Below, in pieces: positions 61,595 through 64,000 of a DNA stretch of 64,000 nt. The notes below the pieces were generated by a model. That model was not told where the DNA came from, ran no database searches, and saw only the letters and a list, made by a program, of their open reading frames with translations. A program made the position numbers and the translations under genes. Positions within the stretch are counted from its first letter, which is position 1. Every line of letters starts with the position of its first letter. Source of the DNA: Dehalococcoidales bacterium (GTDB taxonomy: Bacteria > Chloroflexota > Dehalococcoidia > Dehalococcoidales > Fen-1064); the NCBI GenBank assembly GCA_035529395.1, contig DATKWT010000122.1, positions 1,496 to 65,495 on the forward strand. The letters run 5' to 3'.

Positions 61595-62773
61595 TCAGTT
61601 CAGCAAGGACGGTACATCCTTGGCGTACTCGTCTATTTCCTTGAGCTTGCTCTCCACCTGCTTCTGCCGTTTCTTTATCGTGGAGACAACTCCAGCGGCC
61701 TCAATGTAGTACTTTCGGATTTTCTCCACATTCCTCAGTTCGGAGAGGATTACGGAGACCTCGAGGGAGCCCCTGTCCCTGGGATAATCACCGTTCCTGA
61801 TGATGGCTTCCGGAGTCAGGCTCTTGAGGTATTCGCCGAGTTCTTTGATGACACTGAGGCTCATCTCTTTGCCCGGTGCCGAGACCAGATAGAGTGCCCT
61901 GGTGGCGTCTTGAGTGTCGCACTTGAACGATAGCTCACTGATAGCTTCGTCCATTGCCTCTATTCCCCGGTGCATCTCGGTGCTCTTATCCCTGAAGTTG
62001 CGGGTTGTCTTAAAAGGCAGCCGGATGGATGGTAGCGCGGACTTCCCGTAGCCGATAACCGACCATCCGACTATGCTCTGGATAATATCCCCGGCATCGA
62101 GTAACCGGGCACCGACGTACTTGGCCTTCTTCTCCTCACCGGCACAGAGGATATTATAGAAAGGTTCAACAATCATATCATTAATCTGGGAAAGGTTGTT
62201 CCTCAGGGAAGCGTTCTTTCTGACGTACCTCTGGTTGTCAACCAGGAAGATGGCATCGGCTACGGAACTGGCCGACTTAAGGCATGTCGCCGAATTGTAG
62301 ATGGTCCTTTCTTCGGTACGCTCTTCGTGCTCAAAGGGAAGGATGAGCAGATTGTAGATTGGCTTGTCTACGTAGCGTTCCTTGATGACCTGTGTCATTA
62401 TGGATATCGCGCCGGAACCGGTGCCACCGGCGGTACCGGCAACCATCAGGAAGGCGTCTGACTCAAAGAAACGCGGGGTCCCTCTTATGGCGTCAATGAC
62501 CTTGTCGGCGTCCTCTCTGGCAATCTCGGCGCCGAGTTCGTTAATCTTGCCAACGCCGTGACCACCGGACTTGCGTCCCCCGATGAGAATTCTATGTTGG
62601 TAGTCAGGCTTGATATAAGACAGCCCGCTGAGGTCGGCAAGGTCAGTATTGACCGCAAAGGCGCCGGTGACTATCTCAATCCTGCGTTGTGCTCGTGACC
62701 TCCTGTTCAGTCGGGCAAATCCGTCGGCAATATTCGACCCACACTGGCCGAATCCAATTACTAGAAGCTTCAC
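61595..62773 (-). CDS. tubulin/FtsZ-superfamily GTPase, CetZ-like
   Basis: GTG start with a GAGGTG RBS. MKLLVIGFGQCGSNIADGF, GHGVGKINELGAEIA, the tubulin signature AGGTGSG, LVDNQRY and GDYP. By eye it is collinear with archaeal CetZ1 as I recall it. Confidence 0.8.
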   Translation of the reverse strand: MKLLVIGFGQCGSNIADGFARLNRRSRAQRRIEIVTGAFAVNTDLADLSGLSYIKPDYQHRILIGGRKSGGHGVGKINELGAEIAREDADKVIDAIRGTPRFFESDAFLMVAGTAGGTGSGAISIMTQVIKERYVDKPIYNLLILPFEHEERTEERTIYNSATCLKSASSVADAIFLVDNQRYVRKNASLRNNLSQINDMIVEPFYNILCAGEEKKAKYVGARLLDAGDIIQSIVGWSVIGYGKSALPSIRLPFKTTRNFRDKSTEMHRGIEAMDEAISELSFKCDTQDATRALYLVSAPGKEMSLSVIKELGEYLKSLTPEAIIRNGDYPRDRGSLEVSVILSELRNVEKIRKYYIEAAGVVSTIKKRQKQVESKLKEIDEYAKDVPSLLN

Positions 62774-62808
62774 CTTACCACCTCAAAACAAAACCGGATA
62801 TTGTGGTT

Positions 62809-62837
62809 ATTGTAAACTCACCAGCTTATATTGTCAA
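62809..62837 (-). promoter_or_regulatory. sigma-70 promoter TTGACA-N17-TACAAT for the cetZ-like gene
   Basis: The minus strand reads TTGACAatataagctggtgagttTACAAT in the gap-cetZ spacer. Confidence 0.6.
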
Positions 62838-62843
62838 ACCTGG

Positions 62844-63857
62844 CTACAATCCCCTGTCGGTAATGAAGGCGGCGAGGTCGGCCAGACGGCAACTGTAACC
62901 CCATTCATTGTCGTACCATGCGAGGACCTTGGTCATATTGCCCCCGATGACCATGGTATTGAGCGCATCGACAATAGAGCTCGCAGGATTCCCTTTGAAA
63001 TCCGTGCTGACGAGCTCGTCGGCACAGTACTCCAGTATCCCCGCCAGTGGACCCTCAGCGGCCTGCTTGAAGGCCTGGTTGACCTGCTCAACGGTGACTT
63101 CGGTATTGAGTTCGGCGACGAGGTCCACCAGCGAAACGGTGGACACAGGGACGCGCAAAGCCATACCGTGAAGCCTGCCTTCAAGCTCCGGGATGACACG
63201 TGCCACTGCGTAGGCGGCGCCGGTGCTGGTGGGGATGATGTTCAGGGCGGCGGCGCGGGCACGGCGCAGGTCTTTGTGGACCACGTCCATCACCTTCTGG
63301 TCATTGGTGTAGGCGTGGATGGTGGTCATCAGTCCTTTATTAAGTCCGAATTCATCATTCAGCACCTTGACCAGTGGGGCGATACAGTTGGTAGTGCAGG
63401 AGGCATTGGATATGATGTGGTGTTTCTCAGGGACGTACTGGTCCTGGTTGACGCCGAGGACGATGGTGATGTCTTCATTGCGTGCCGGGGCGGAGATGAG
63501 TACCTTCTTGACACTGTCCCCAAGGTGAGCGGAGGCTTTGGTGCCGTCGGTGAACAGGCCGGTCGACTCTATCACGATGTCTACCCCGTAGTCCTTCCAG
63601 GGAATCTCGGCCGGGTCACGCTCGGTAAGGGCTCTTATCTCTTTACCGTTGACAATGATAGAGTTGCCGTCTTTACCCGGTTCACAGGGGAAATGACCGT
63701 AGTTAGTATCCCATTTTAGAAGATGTGCGTTGGTCCTGGTGTCGGCAATGTCGTTGATGGCGACCACTTCCAGTTTGTCGGAGTGGTACTGAATAATGGT
63801 GCGGAGGGTAAGCCTGCCGATTCGACCGAAGCCGTTGATTCCGAGCCTGGTTGCCAT
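62844..63857 (-). CDS. gap: type I glyceraldehyde-3-phosphate dehydrogenase
   Basis: LGINGFGRIGR and the active site SNASCTTNC. Confidence 0.93.
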   Translation of the reverse strand: MATRLGINGFGRIGRLTLRTIIQYHSDKLEVVAINDIADTRTNAHLLKWDTNYGHFPCEPGKDGNSIIVNGKEIRALTERDPAEIPWKDYGVDIVIESTGLFTDGTKASAHLGDSVKKVLISAPARNEDITIVLGVNQDQYVPEKHHIISNASCTTNCIAPLVKVLNDEFGLNKGLMTTIHAYTNDQKVMDVVHKDLRRARAAALNIIPTSTGAAYAVARVIPELEGRLHGMALRVPVSTVSLVDLVAELNTEVTVEQVNQAFKQAAEGPLAGILEYCADELVSTDFKGNPASSIVDALNTMVIGGNMTKVLAWYDNEWGYSCRLADLAAFITDRGL

Positions 63858-63940
63858 ACTGCACCTCCTTGCTATGTGTGTGCCCGTGTAATTTTAACAG
63901 AAAGGCCGGTGGCAGTACCAGTGCTGGTGGGTGAGCTTGC

Positions 63941-64000
63941 TTCGTTGCCATCTCTTCGCTTTGCTCGGACTTCTGGCTCCTCGCAATGACAACCTTCTCT
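63941..64000. repeat. REP-like element (truncated by the window end)
   Basis: It contains gctcctcgcaatgac, identical to 61436-61450. Confidence 0.5.

Noticed and set aside
62649-63719. 356-aa plus-strand ORF across gap and the cetZ-like 5' end
   Set aside because: It is antisense to GAPDH (SNASCTTNC active site on the other strand) and spans an intergenic promoter, so it is not credible as a gene.
1-64000. Searched by eye for CRISPR arrays, transposase/integrase genes, rRNA/tRNA genes, toxin-antitoxin pairs and classic defence genes
   Set aside because: No regularly spaced direct repeats, no DDE/tyrosine-recombinase-like ORFs and no RNA-gene signatures were found. The repeats present are short REP-like hairpins.

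Overview
This is a 64-kb bacterial chromosomal window. The backbone is bacterial: recO, recR, ybaB, dnaX, gap, and sigma-54 with an NtrC-type activator. It is GC-rich with anaerobe-type content, possibly from a monoderm such as Chloroflexota, which cannot be shown from sequence alone. I support about 50 protein genes. I recognised no rRNA, tRNA, CRISPR array, transposase or integrase.

Layout:
- (1) 0.16-14.2 kb, minus strand: a 10-gene Hdr-type redox supercluster. It has three tandem HdrA paralogues (one with an inserted GltD/NfnB-like NAD(P)H module, one a head-to-tail double HdrA), MvhD, an FrhB/FdhB-like flavoprotein, HdrC, HdrB, an HdrD-like protein and two SDRs.
- (2) 14.4-20.7 kb: assorted enzymes.
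- (3) 20.8-34.7 kb: an envelope-glycan island. It carries heptose-activation genes, a decaprenyl-phosphate phosphoribosyltransferase-like UbiA enzyme and a flippase-like protein. It also has a tightly overlapping 5-gene operon: a membrane/coiled-coil/PTPS-like fusion, an 844-aa polytopic membrane protein, a secreted protein with a C-terminal sorting signal, an XrtG-like exosortase, and a PgaC/BcsA-like GT2. A GGDEF cyclase and an HD-GYP protein flank the island.
- (4) 38.2-44.3 kb: a visibly lower-GC block that forms a self-contained sigma-54 module. It encodes a short RpoN, an [FeFe]-hydrogenase-like sensor kinase and an NtrC-type activator. A near-perfect -24/-12 promoter then drives a REC-TPR-Cys-ferredoxin protein.
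- (5) 44.4-56.6 kb: an EthD protein, a CoA-transferase, gdh, hisF, an archaeal-type NrpR-like regulator, an orphan 1063-aa NorD/CbbO-like VWA protein, a CtaB-like protein and an MBL hydrolase.
- (6) 56.7-63.9 kb: recO, a DEDD-exonuclease-like gene, recR, ybaB, dnaX, a monocistronic CetZ/tubulin-like gene, and gap.

Several families of intergenic repeats and hairpins are also present. The best candidates for an undescribed system are the exosortase/PTPS-like/GT2 operon and the hydrogenase-like-kinase sigma-54 cascade.

All functional calls come from motif reading of the translations and from recalled family knowledge. None were checked by database search.
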